The notes under the pieces are model-generated. The model was not told where the DNA came from. It searched no databases and saw nothing but the letters and a program-made list of their open reading frames with translations. Source: a virus (lineage: Duplodnaviria; Caudoviricetes). Taken from it: 26,255 nt of DNA. Of this stretch, positions 8,784-18,400 are shown piece by piece. The stretch is taken from the IMG/VR virus record IMGVR_UViG_3300025595_000016, positions 1 to 26,255 of that record; one strand, 5' to 3'. Numbering within the stretch: the first letter of the stretch is position 1; every line of letters begins with the position of its first letter. The position numbers and the translations under genes are program-made.

Positions 8784-9302
8784 ATGGCAGCACCAGCAGT
8801 AGTTCTACCAGGCTTTTCAGCCTCGATGTGGATGCAAACAGGCGCATCCCCCACGGCATTTTCCACCGCAAACTTGGCGGTGTGGACAGGCCAAGTCGCC
8901 ACTATCGTAGGCACATCAGCCAATGGTACAGGCGCAGCAGGTACGGCTCTTAACGTTGAGGCAGTTCCCGCTTTTGGACAAGACGATGCTGTGGCCTCCT
9001 TTATGGTTGCTGGATCGCGTCAAAGCGACAAAATCCCAACGCAATCTGCTCCTACCAGCATGACTATCACTGCGGCATGGAATCCCTCGGATGCCGGCCT
9101 TCTGTTGATTCGTGGTGATGCCTACAGCGGCGTGATTGATCGTACTTTTGTGGTGGCTGCGGTGGCTGGCGCAACTACGATTGCATACGCCTTTAATGGC
9201 CGTGTATCGCAGTTCCAGATTGACGCTGCTCCTGGCGCAGAGGCCAAATGCACGTTCACGATCCATCCCCGTGGCAATCAATACGGCTGGAGCAACACCT
9301 AA
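8784..9302 (+). CDS. Tail tube protein 2 (tandem paralogue)
   Basis: 172 aa; 44/46 identical to tube 1 over EAVPAFG...WNPSDA. Has its own SD TAAGGAG. Confidence 0.82.
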   Translation: MAAPAVVLPGFSASMWMQTGASPTAFSTANLAVWTGQVATIVGTSANGTGAAGTALNVEAVPAFGQDDAVASFMVAGSRQSDKIPTQSAPTSMTITAAWNPSDAGLLLIRGDAYSGVIDRTFVVAAVAGATTIAYAFNGRVSQFQIDAAPGAEAKCTFTIHPRGNQYGWSNT

Positions 9303-9517
9303 TGTCTGAACAACTTACCGCCGCGCTGGAGGTGCTAACCAGCACTTATCAAGACTTGGACACCATTGCCCGAGGATTGGTAGTAGACGCTGCGGAAGTC
9401 GCACAAGCACTTTCCTCTACTGAGTCTGACTCGGCAGAGGGGGTTGCTTTGCGGGTTCTTGCAAAACACAACCCTTATACGACCCCTACACGATACACCC
9501 CACCCTCTGAGGAATAA
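9302..9517 (+). CDS. Hypothetical protein (71 aa, acidic helical)
   Basis: ATG at 9302 overlaps the tube 2 stop (TAATG), with GGAG upstream. The ORF-track start at 9248 lies inside tube 2. Confidence 0.7.
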   Translation: MSEQLTAALEVLTSTYQDLDTIARGLVVDAAEVAQALSSTESDSAEGVALRVLAKHNPYTTPTRYTPPSEE

Positions 9518-9739
9518 ATGGAAACTAAAATACAAAACACGAATGACTTACTAGGGTTCTTGGTAGCCCAATCCGAATCCCGCAAAGATTGGTTTGGGTT
9601 CCACCAACAACGCATGACGGCGGTAACGCTGGCCCATGAGATCGCAAGGCATCATGCTGATAAGATGACTCCCGATGAAGTAGTGTCCTACGCATTGGAG
9701 TTGAACAATAAAATTTACCACAAGATAATTAAAGGATAA
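9518..9739 (+). CDS. Hypothetical protein (73 aa, helical)
   Basis: Abuts the previous stop; SD GAGGA; fills the gap exactly. Confidence 0.75.
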   Translation: METKIQNTNDLLGFLVAQSESRKDWFGFHQQRMTAVTLAHEIARHHADKMTPDEVVSYALELNNKIYHKIIKG

Positions 9740-9742
9740 GAA

Positions 9743-10261
9743 ATGAGCATTTCAAATAAACTTGGTGCGGACTATGAGGCCATTCGCGCTGCCGCCCGAT
9801 TTAAAACCATTCATGTAAAACTAAATGACATTGAATTTGATTTGAAGGTTCGCATTCCCGTTAAGCGGGAAATGGAAGCAATCACGGCCACAATTTCCGA
9901 TCCCGATGCGGATCGCGTTAATGTCGTTTATGAAAGCCTTGCCGCCCCATTGCGTAAAACATTGGATGAAGCGGAAGAAGGGTTTTTAGAAGCCCTTAAT
10001 GCTGACAAAGAAAAAATCAAAATCACCGACAATGATTTGGTGATTGACGGTAATTCGGTTCGTAACCTTGCCAAGATGACTGTAATTTGGCAAATGCAAG
10101 TAGAAAAGTATTTCTCTCTTTTGCAATCCGCTACAGGCGAACCTATTACCGAATCGTTTGATGAGATTGCAGAAGAATTCCCCGAATCAATTATTAAAGA
10201 AATTGTCAGCAAGATTGACGAAGCAATCCGGCCAAACTATAAAGAAGCAAAAAAAAACTAA
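9743..10261 (+). CDS. Tail assembly chaperone (lambda gpG analogue)
   Basis: Acidic 172 aa between tube and tape measure. Ends in AKKN encoded by a slippery A run. Confidence 0.78.
   Translation: MSISNKLGADYEAIRAAARFKTIHVKLNDIEFDLKVRIPVKREMEAITATISDPDADRVNVVYESLAAPLRKTLDEAEEGFLEALNADKEKIKITDNDLVIDGNSVRNLAKMTVIWQMQVEKYFSLLQSATGEPITESFDEIAEEFPESIIKEIVSKIDEAIRPNYKEAKKN
10249..10258 (+). other. Programmed -1 ribosomal frameshift site
   Basis: GCA AAA AAA AAC TAA contains the heptamer A AAA AAC (10252-10258). The -1 frame is open (LRKSIRSQTRAA) and continues into the 10294..10629 ORF. Confidence 0.82.
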
Positions 10262-10629
10262 GGAAATCAATCCGCAGCCAAACACGGGCGGCAATGATTT
10301 TTAATGGGCATAATGCGGAAAGTATAGATAAAATAGATGAGGAAACATTTACAGAAATTTGTGTAATGTTTTCCGATGGAATACTTGGGAACAAAGGGAC
10401 GTTTGATGCCATAACGCCCTTAACCACGGCGGTGTTTAATTACATTCGGCCATCTGGAGCGCCAGCGTATAAATCGGAAAACATCTTTCCTTGGGTTGTA
10501 GAATACGAAAAGAACCCAGATTTGGAGTTGCCAAAACAAGACATGATAAGTAATGCGCTGCTTTCATTTATGATGCAAGCACCAGGCTTTAGCATGGAGA
10601 AAATAAATGGCAATAATCCAACAGTTTAG
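10258..10629 (+). CDS. Frameshift extension of tail chaperone (lambda gpT analogue, G-T fusion)
   Basis: In the -1 frame from the slippery site. ATG 10294 has only a weak SD-like sequence. Confidence 0.75.
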   Translation, partial: LRKSIRSQTRAAMIFNGHNAESIDKIDEETFTEICVMFSDGILGNKGTFDAITPLTTAVFNYIRPSGAPAYKSENIFPWVVEYEKNPDLELPKQDMISNALLSFMMQAPGFSMEKINGNNPTV

Positions 10630-11134
10630 CGTTGAAGGATTTCCTGAGTTATTTGAAACTTTGGAAACTCTTAAACAAGAAATTGGAAAAGGAAAAACGG
10701 ATCGCATTTATCGCGATTCTATGGCCGCTGCATTTAAACCAGTATTAGAAGCTGCAAAAATAAATGCTCCAAAAGATACTGGGCAACTTGCAAGTCGTAT
10801 TTACATGAAAGTTCATCGTCCTAACAATAAAGATAAATCAAGTAAATATTATGAACAAGGCGAAGTATACATGGCGCGTGTGTCTGTAAGTCCTTTGCGA
10901 GATGATTCTAAATTGCATTTTGTTTTAAATAAAAAAGGCAAATTTCAAACAGTTTGGATGAATAAAAAACCAGTTGCCGTATCTAACGAATTTGGAAATG
11001 CAAACACTCCAATGCATCCTTTTTTGCGTCCAGCATTAGAAAGCAATATTCAATTAGTAATTAATATTTTAAGTGATAAATTAAGTTATGCGATTGAAGA
11101 AATTGCCAAAAAAGCGGCAAAAACGAAAGGTTAA
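10607..11134 (+). CDS. HK97 gp10-like tail/neck component
   Basis: VEGFPEL, AKINAPKDTGQL, NEFGNANTPMHPFLRPALES are the APxDTG and EFG...PFLRPA signatures of the family. Confidence 0.82.
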   Translation: MAIIQQFSVEGFPELFETLETLKQEIGKGKTDRIYRDSMAAAFKPVLEAAKINAPKDTGQLASRIYMKVHRPNNKDKSSKYYEQGEVYMARVSVSPLRDDSKLHFVLNKKGKFQTVWMNKKPVAVSNEFGNANTPMHPFLRPALESNIQLVINILSDKLSYAIEEIAKKAAKTKG

Positions 11135-11136
11135 CA

Positions 11137-13650
11137 ATGGCACAAATTGGTTCGTTATCAGTCAAACTTGGGCTTGTCACAGTTGAATGGGACAAAGCGA
11201 CTGAAAATGCAAAACGTTCTGCAAAACAATTGCAAAGTTCGTTTAACGAATTAGGCGCAAACGTCAAAGAATTGTATAAACGATTTCAAGAATTAGGCGG
11301 TACAACAAGTCTTACCGCACTTGGCCTTGGTGAATTGGTTAAAAGCACATTAGAGTTTTCTAACCAAACCAAAGATTTAGCATCAGCCTACGATATATCT
11401 ATTGCTAAAACTTTGCAATTTAAAGATGCCGTAATGACATCTGGCGGCAATGCTGAACAAGCAGGAACAATGTTGTCCAAAATGTTTAGCGAAATTGCTA
11501 ATGCACAAGAAGGAACATCAGCTTCAATTGCTTTATTTGAAAGCATGAATATTTCTGTTGAAGATTTAATTAAATTAAAACCAGAAGATCAAATAAATAA
11601 AATTGTTGAAGGTATTTCCCATATTGGAAATAAAGCCGAACAAATAAAAGTAATAAAATCACTTGTAGGAAAAGGTGGTGTTACTTTATCGTTTGAAGAA
11701 TTAGTAGAAAAAGTTAATCAATCAACTGAAGAATTTCAAGGGCATGATAAAGCACTTCAAAAATTTGCTGAAACAAGCGAGAATTTAAAACGTTCAATGG
11801 ATAATTTAAAATTGGCTTTTGCTGATTTATTTTCTCCTTTTATTGGTGATGGTTTAATTGGCGTTGAAGCATTTAAAACTGCATTGCTTGCTATAACAAG
11901 TTATGTAGTTGTTTCCCAGTTTGCTCAAATTGCAATTATTGCAACCGAAATAGCCGAAGCTATGGCGGCTGGCGCGGTATTCACTAGCGCAATGACATTA
12001 AACATTCCAATGCTTGTAGCGTCTTTGGCGGCTATTGGTGCGGTTGGTGCATACAAATTTTTTAAATCAAATAAACCAACAGAACATGGCGGCGCAGCAA
12101 ATAATGGAGAAGGATCAAGTAGTGATGCTGAATCTACACGAAAATTAGAATCTGATGCACTTGCAGCAAGAGTTAAATCCATGCAAGAAATGCTTGGAAT
12201 TACTGGGGAAATGGATGCTGCAAAATTAAAAGCTATAGCTGGCGATAAATTGTCTGCGCAATTGGATGAAATTGCAGTAACCAAAAAAATAGAATTAAAT
12301 AAAGCTGATACAACTTATGCTGAAAATCTTGCTAAACAAAAATTAACTAAACGTGAAATTCTTTTATATGAAAATGAGCATAAAACAGCAATAGAAACAG
12401 CAAATCAAAAAGCTGAAAATTCAGTTAAATTAGCTATTGCGGAACGTGACGAAAAAGTAAAAGCCATTAAAGAAGAAATATCTTGGAAAAAGATTTCTTA
12501 TGATTATGATAGGGCTGATGATGAATTAAGAATGGCGGCATTAACAATGGATGCTTATGCTATACAAATAGCGCAAGAACGCAATAATAAAGAACGCGAA
12601 TTAAATAAATTAAAAGAAGATTATGATAAAAATATTAAAGGCAAAAGTCAAAAAGAAAAAGATCAAATAGATATTGGTTATCAACAAGATAAAACAGCAA
12701 CAGAAAATAAATCAAAACGCAAAATTGAATTAATAAAAGCCGAACGTAATAAACAAATTGAATCCATTACACAACAATCAACATATCAACAAATCTTAAA
12801 TGATTTGGATGCGGACAAGTTACGCATGGATATGCAGCATTACTACATATCACAAAATGAATATGATATTCAAGTAGAAAATCTTGCATTGCAAAAACGA
12901 CTTGCGGAATTTGAACAAAAGCGGGTAGATGCACGAGCAAGACTTGGCGAAGGTACAGTATTAACTGAAACACTTGCCGGAATAGATAAAGAAGTTGAAG
13001 GCGAAAAACGATTGCATGAAATTCGATTGCAAGCTATTGCGCTTACCGAATATCAGCAAACCACATTCTCAGAAGGATGGGATAAAGCCTACCGCGACTT
13101 TATTGAAGCCACAAAGCAAGAAGGCAAAAAAGGCGGCGATGAATTTAATTCAGTTATTAGTAACATGAATTCGGCGCTGGATAACTTTGTAGAAACTGGC
13201 AAGCTATCGTTTAGCGATTTAACTCGCAGCATCATTAACGATTTGTTGAAAATTGAACTTAGGGCATCAGCAAGCAATTTGTTAAAAAGTCTTGGAGGCA
13301 ATAGCGGCGGCGGCAGCTTGTTTAGCTTTATTGGTTCTTTATTCACTGGCGGCAATAGCTTGTCGTCTATGCCAGCCGGTGTACGGGCGGCGGGTGGTGA
13401 TGTAACCGCAACCGATTCTTACCTTGTTGGCGAAAAAGGGCCAGAGATGTTTGTCCCAAATACGGGCGGCACAATTGTTCCAACAAACCAAATTGGTAGC
13501 ATGGGAAGCACGACAAACGTGACAAACTACAACATCAATGCCATTGATACCAAATCCTTTGAGGATCGTATCCTTGGCAGTTCTAAGGCGGTATGGGCGG
13601 CAAATGCCTATGGCGCTAAAAACATCTCTGTCGGGCGCGGGAGAACATAA
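11137..13650 (+). CDS. Tape measure protein (lambda-type C-terminus)
   Basis: IGSLSVKLGL N-terminus, long helical region with a hydrophobic segment, GKLSFSDLTRSIINDL and RAAGGDV...YLVGEKGPEMFVP C-terminal motifs. Confidence 0.93.
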   Translation: MAQIGSLSVKLGLVTVEWDKATENAKRSAKQLQSSFNELGANVKELYKRFQELGGTTSLTALGLGELVKSTLEFSNQTKDLASAYDISIAKTLQFKDAVMTSGGNAEQAGTMLSKMFSEIANAQEGTSASIALFESMNISVEDLIKLKPEDQINKIVEGISHIGNKAEQIKVIKSLVGKGGVTLSFEELVEKVNQSTEEFQGHDKALQKFAETSENLKRSMDNLKLAFADLFSPFIGDGLIGVEAFKTALLAITSYVVVSQFAQIAIIATEIAEAMAAGAVFTSAMTLNIPMLVASLAAIGAVGAYKFFKSNKPTEHGGAANNGEGSSSDAESTRKLESDALAARVKSMQEMLGITGEMDAAKLKAIAGDKLSAQLDEIAVTKKIELNKADTTYAENLAKQKLTKREILLYENEHKTAIETANQKAENSVKLAIAERDEKVKAIKEEISWKKISYDYDRADDELRMAALTMDAYAIQIAQERNNKERELNKLKEDYDKNIKGKSQKEKDQIDIGYQQDKTATENKSKRKIELIKAERNKQIESITQQSTYQQILNDLDADKLRMDMQHYYISQNEYDIQVENLALQKRLAEFEQKRVDARARLGEGTVLTETLAGIDKEVEGEKRLHEIRLQAIALTEYQQTTFSEGWDKAYRDFIEATKQEGKKGGDEFNSVISNMNSALDNFVETGKLSFSDLTRSIINDLLKIELRASASNLLKSLGGNSGGGSLFSFIGSLFTGGNSLSSMPAGVRAAGGDVTATDSYLVGEKGPEMFVPNTGGTIVPTNQIGSMGSTTNVTNYNINAIDTKSFEDRILGSSKAVWAANAYGAKNISVGRGRT

Positions 13651-14327
13651 TGTCGTTTCAAACTATATTTAACATTAGCCAATCCATCAGCGTCCAAAAC
13701 CGCCGCACGGTTGGGCAGCAAGTCAGTCGCTCGGGCCAAGTTCGCGTGGCGCAGTACCTTACGTCTGTGCCGTGGAACTTTGTTGTTAAGCCTCACAACT
13801 TCCTGTACTATCCGCAGGTTCGTGATGTCATCCAGGTGATTGACAATTACGACAGGCAGATTCCGCAAACAATCACTTTTTCCGGCGCTAACCTTAATTG
13901 GTTTAATGCTTATCAAGGCGGCTTTACATCGGCGCAAGCATCGGCACTTACATTGTCCACGGTTCCGGCGGCTAACGCAACTATCATCACGGTGGGAAAT
14001 CTTCCGGCAATTGGCGCTGTGGGGGCATCGGGCTTGATTTCGGCCACCACCGTGGCATTTGCTGCTGGCGACTTTTTGCAAATAGGGATTTACTCCTACA
14101 AAGTAACGGCCCAAGTTTTGCGTGGATCAGGCACAACCATTAGCGTTACCTTACACCGCCCTGTTATCGGAACGGTAACTGCTGGAACATTGGCTGGGGT
14201 AGGTTCTGCTTGCACTTTTTATTTGCTTGCGTCACAATGCCCAACATATACACTTAACCCAATGACAAGTGGCGCATTCGTTCAATGGGACGGCGACTTT
14301 GTATTTATTGAGGACATTACAGGATGA
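13650..14327 (+). CDS. Putative distal tail protein (Dit / lambda gpM position)
   Basis: Directly after the tape measure; SRSGQ, PWNF, AGDFLQIG, LHRP pattern. Assignment mainly by synteny. Confidence 0.62.
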   Translation: MSFQTIFNISQSISVQNRRTVGQQVSRSGQVRVAQYLTSVPWNFVVKPHNFLYYPQVRDVIQVIDNYDRQIPQTITFSGANLNWFNAYQGGFTSAQASALTLSTVPAANATIITVGNLPAIGAVGASGLISATTVAFAAGDFLQIGIYSYKVTAQVLRGSGTTISVTLHRPVIGTVTAGTLAGVGSACTFYLLASQCPTYTLNPMTSGAFVQWDGDFVFIEDITG

Positions 14328-15007
14328 GTACCACAATGACGGCTCTGTCGAGCCCATCAATCGTACAGGCAGAATTTATCCGGTTGATTACCACAACTGA
14401 TACCTATTACTTTTGTAATGCGGCATCAGCCATCACTGTCAATGGAATGACGTTCACCAATCTTGGTAGTCTGCTGTCCATATCCCCGATTGATCGCAAC
14501 ATCAAGGCTACATCCACCGACTTGGCAATTCAGCTTACCGGCGTAGATGGTGCAAATGTAGCAACAGTTTTAGCCGCCAACATCAAGGGTTCTAACATTG
14601 ATATATGGCGCGGATTCTTGGATAGTCAGAATCAGATCATTACAACGCCCACACAGCAGTTCTTTAAGCGATACACGGGCATTGTATCCAACGCATCCAT
14701 CACCGAGCAGTTTGACGATCAGATGAGGGTAAGGATAGCCACCGTAGGCATTAGCTGCGCCAGTTTCCGCACCATCCTTGAAAATCGGATACAAGGCATT
14801 AAGACTACGCCCAAGGCTTGGAACTTTATTTATGCTAGTGATACTTCTATGAATCGTGTGCCGGTGATTGCTGCAACCTATTTTGATTTTGGTGCGCCGC
14901 CGGTTCAATCAAGCCAAGCGGCAACAACTACACCAAGTGGGATTGGACATCAATCTGGTGGAACAAATATAGCTACTGAACCATCTATTAAAACATTCAA
15001 GGGATAG
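14324..15007 (+). CDS. Putative tail tip hub protein (lambda gpL position)
   Basis: TFTNLGSLLSIS, QLTGVD, IDIWRGFLD, YTGIV motifs. ATGA overlap. Assignment by synteny. Confidence 0.6.
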   Translation: MSTTMTALSSPSIVQAEFIRLITTTDTYYFCNAASAITVNGMTFTNLGSLLSISPIDRNIKATSTDLAIQLTGVDGANVATVLAANIKGSNIDIWRGFLDSQNQIITTPTQQFFKRYTGIVSNASITEQFDDQMRVRIATVGISCASFRTILENRIQGIKTTPKAWNFIYASDTSMNRVPVIAATYFDFGAPPVQSSQAATTTPSGIGHQSGGTNIATEPSIKTFKG

Positions 15008-15008
15008 C

Positions 15009-15458
15009 ATGATAAGACAAGCGACAAAATACGATATGCCGGTTTTGATAGAGATGATGCGAGAGTATTCAGCGCAAGCACCTATTGAAGCCATACAAAA
15101 AAATGAAAGTCACAATGAAAGCCATGTCGCCCAATTAATGACGATGATGATGGCGGGTAAAGGATTTGTATTGATTGACAATGAAAATCGTGGATTCTTA
15201 GCGGCAATGGTTATCAATAACTTTTGGTGTCCTAATGTTATAGAGTTGCATGAAATTGCATGGTGGGTAAAACCGGAGCATCGAGAAACCACTGTTGGTG
15301 GTAGGCTATGGAAAGAATTTGACAAGATGGCGCAAGAAATGATTAATGATGGCAGGATAACTTTTGCTTGTACTTCTGTATTAGCAAACTCCCCATTTAT
15401 TGATTACACAAAGCGCGGTTACAAGCTAATGGAAGCAACCTTTTTTAGAGAACAATAA
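15009..15458 (+). CDS. GNAT-family acetyltransferase-like protein
   Basis: MIRQATKYD start, WWVKPEHRETTVGGRLW acetyl-CoA motif A, YTKRGYK motif B. Confidence 0.75.
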   Translation: MIRQATKYDMPVLIEMMREYSAQAPIEAIQKNESHNESHVAQLMTMMMAGKGFVLIDNENRGFLAAMVINNFWCPNVIELHEIAWWVKPEHRETTVGGRLWKEFDKMAQEMINDGRITFACTSVLANSPFIDYTKRGYKLMEATFFREQ

Positions 15459-15459
15459 A

Positions 15460-18400
15460 ATGCCAGCATCAATTATTCTTGAAGCCATAGGCGCTGAATT
15501 AACAGGAGTGGCACTTGCTGCGGCCACCTTTGCAATTAACTTTGTGGTGTCTGGCATTGTTGCTAGGATGTTTGCTGTAGATCAAAATTCCAATTCATCT
15601 ATTGACAACGGAGTACGACAACAAGTAGCGCCAGCCACCACTAATAGCCTTCCAATCGTTTATGGTGATGCTTATCTAGGTGGTACGTTTGTTGATGCGG
15701 TTTTGACAATCGATCAAAAAGTCATGTACTACGTTATGGCTATTTCAAGCATTAGCCCTAATGGACAATTTCTTTACAATCAATCAACTACAGTAAATGC
15801 AGGTAGTTTTGCGGTTGGTACGATTTACACAATTACAACCGTAGGATCAACCAACTTTACTTTGATTGGTGCATCTGCAAACACCGTAGGCGTTACCTTT
15901 ATTTGTACAGGCGCGGGAACCGGAAGCGGAACAGCCACCAAAGGAAACTTTTACTATGGCGATAGGATTGTTACGTTTGATGCAACCGATCTTACAAAAG
16001 TAGTAAGCCTCACCGATGGCGCTGGTAATGTTGATTCCAAGATCAGTGGGAATTTATACATTAACTTGTATACGTCTACCGATGCTGGCGTAATTACTAA
16101 CGTTACCGGTACGGCTCCGTCTACGTTTATGGGTGGCTCTGACATTGCAACTGCTTTGCGCTGGGCTGGCACACGCCAAATGAATGGCTTGGCTTTTGCC
16201 ATTGCAAAGCTAACTTATAGCGTAGAAGCGGGAACCACCCAGCTTCAACCTATCACGTTTAATGTAAGCCATTACCTAAACAATACCAACGCTGCAAAGC
16301 CTGGCGATGTATGGTTTGACTACATAGGTAATGAAGCCTATGGCGGTGGGATGCTTAACACTACCATGCCAACTACTGTTGCTGGTTCTTTTGTTGTTGG
16401 AAGCACTTACAAAATTGCCGCCCTTGGAACTACCAGTTTTACGTCTATTGGGGCCGTAAGCAATAACGTTGGCGTTTGGTTTACGGCTACAGGCGCGGGT
16501 ACAGGAACAGGAACAGCAATTTTGTCTACCCTGATTAATAGGGACTCGGCTATTGCGCTTAACACCTATTCGGATGCAACGATCACCTACACGCCAAGCA
16601 CGGGCGGCTCGGCCACACAAGTGCGATATCGCGTTAACGGAGTATTGGACACAGGCCAAAACGTCTTGTCCAACATTGACAAAATCATGTTGGCTTGCGA
16701 TTCATGGAACCAGTACAACGCAGCATCAGGACAATGGACTGTTGTTGTTAATCGGGATGCAAGTAGTTCGTTCTCATTTGATGATACAAACGTCATTGGG
16801 GAAATAAAGACATCGTTGATTGACATTAGCAATTCAATTAATCAGATTGAAGCAAGTTTCCCCAACAAGATGAATAGAGATCAAACAGATGTTGTTTATC
16901 TTGAAACACCTACTGGATTGTTGTATGCCAATGAACCTGTAAACAAATATTCTTGCAATTTTGATTTAGTTAATGAAAGCGTCCAAGCGACTTACATTGC
17001 AAATCGTATGCTTGAGCAAGCGCGGGAAGATTTGATTGTTACGATTAACGCTGCTTACCCCGCTATCCAAGTAGATGCCGGTGATGTGGTGTCGCTGACT
17101 AACACCGCTTATGGATGGAACAACAAGCTGTTTAGGGCAATGAAGGTAAGCGAGATATCTTTGCCTGATGGCAACCTTGGTGCTTCACTTGATTTGAGTG
17201 AGTACAACGCCACAGTTTATGACGATGGTTCTATTACTCAATATTCTCCTACTCCAAATAGCAATCTTGCTTCAGTACAGTTTTTCTCTGGATTGAATCC
17301 TCCGGTTGTATCAACATCACGCCCTGCGGCAACCGTGCCAAACTTTGATGTGCAGATCACCACACCTGCAATTGGACGGGTTACTGCTATCGGATTGTTT
17401 TATACAACCGTGGCAACCCCTTCTAATAGCGATTGGACAATATTAGATAAATTCTTTGCGCCGACAAATGGAGTGCTGGCTAACAGTACAACATTTACAT
17501 TCCCCAATATGCAACTTCCGGCCAACACCTATTATTTTGGTGCGCTGGTATTAAATGAAACGGGACAAAGTGCAATTAGCGGAGTAAGCGGCTCATTTAA
17601 TTGGTTGCCTAGCGGAACGGTTGGCTCACAAACCGCACAAGTTTATTTGTACCAATGGGCGCTAACAACGCCATCTAGCCCAACAGGTAACTCTACCTAT
17701 ACATGGGCAACGGCTACCAATTCTGGATACACAGGCGGGGCTGGGTGGAGTGTAACTATCCCTACTAATCCTGGCACGGCTAATTATCAACTTTGGCAAG
17801 CCGGACAAGGCATTACCGCTTTTGCGGGTACGGCCACTACTAGTGTGGCATGGGCCGGCGCATCCATTACATCTATTGCCCAAAATGGCGCAACAGGTAC
17901 AACGGGAGCCAATGGTTTTAGAACTGCAACGCTTGCATTATTTCAATGGGCATCATCGGCTCCAACGACATATCCATCCGGTAGCTCTACATACACTTGG
18001 GCAACCGGAACATTCACAAATCCAGCTACGCTAAACGGTTGGACGCAAACACCTAGTTCTGGAAGTACCGGACAAAGTTTGTATGAAATAGATCAAATTT
18101 ATACAGATCAATTAACTACTGCAACTAGCTCTGTTACATGGAGTGCTACAACAGTTTTTGTTGTTGGAGTGGTAGGCGCTGCTGGAACACCTGGAACTAA
18201 TGGTACTAATGGAACCCGTACCGCATTACTTCCTTTATATCAATGGGCATCTAGTGTTCCAACAACATACCCATCGGGTAGTTCTACTTATACTTGGGCA
18301 ACTGCTGCATTTACCAATCCAGCGACATTAAATGGATGGACTCAAACGCCAAGTTCCGGATCGCCTGGACAAAGTTTGTATGAAGTTATACAAATCTACA

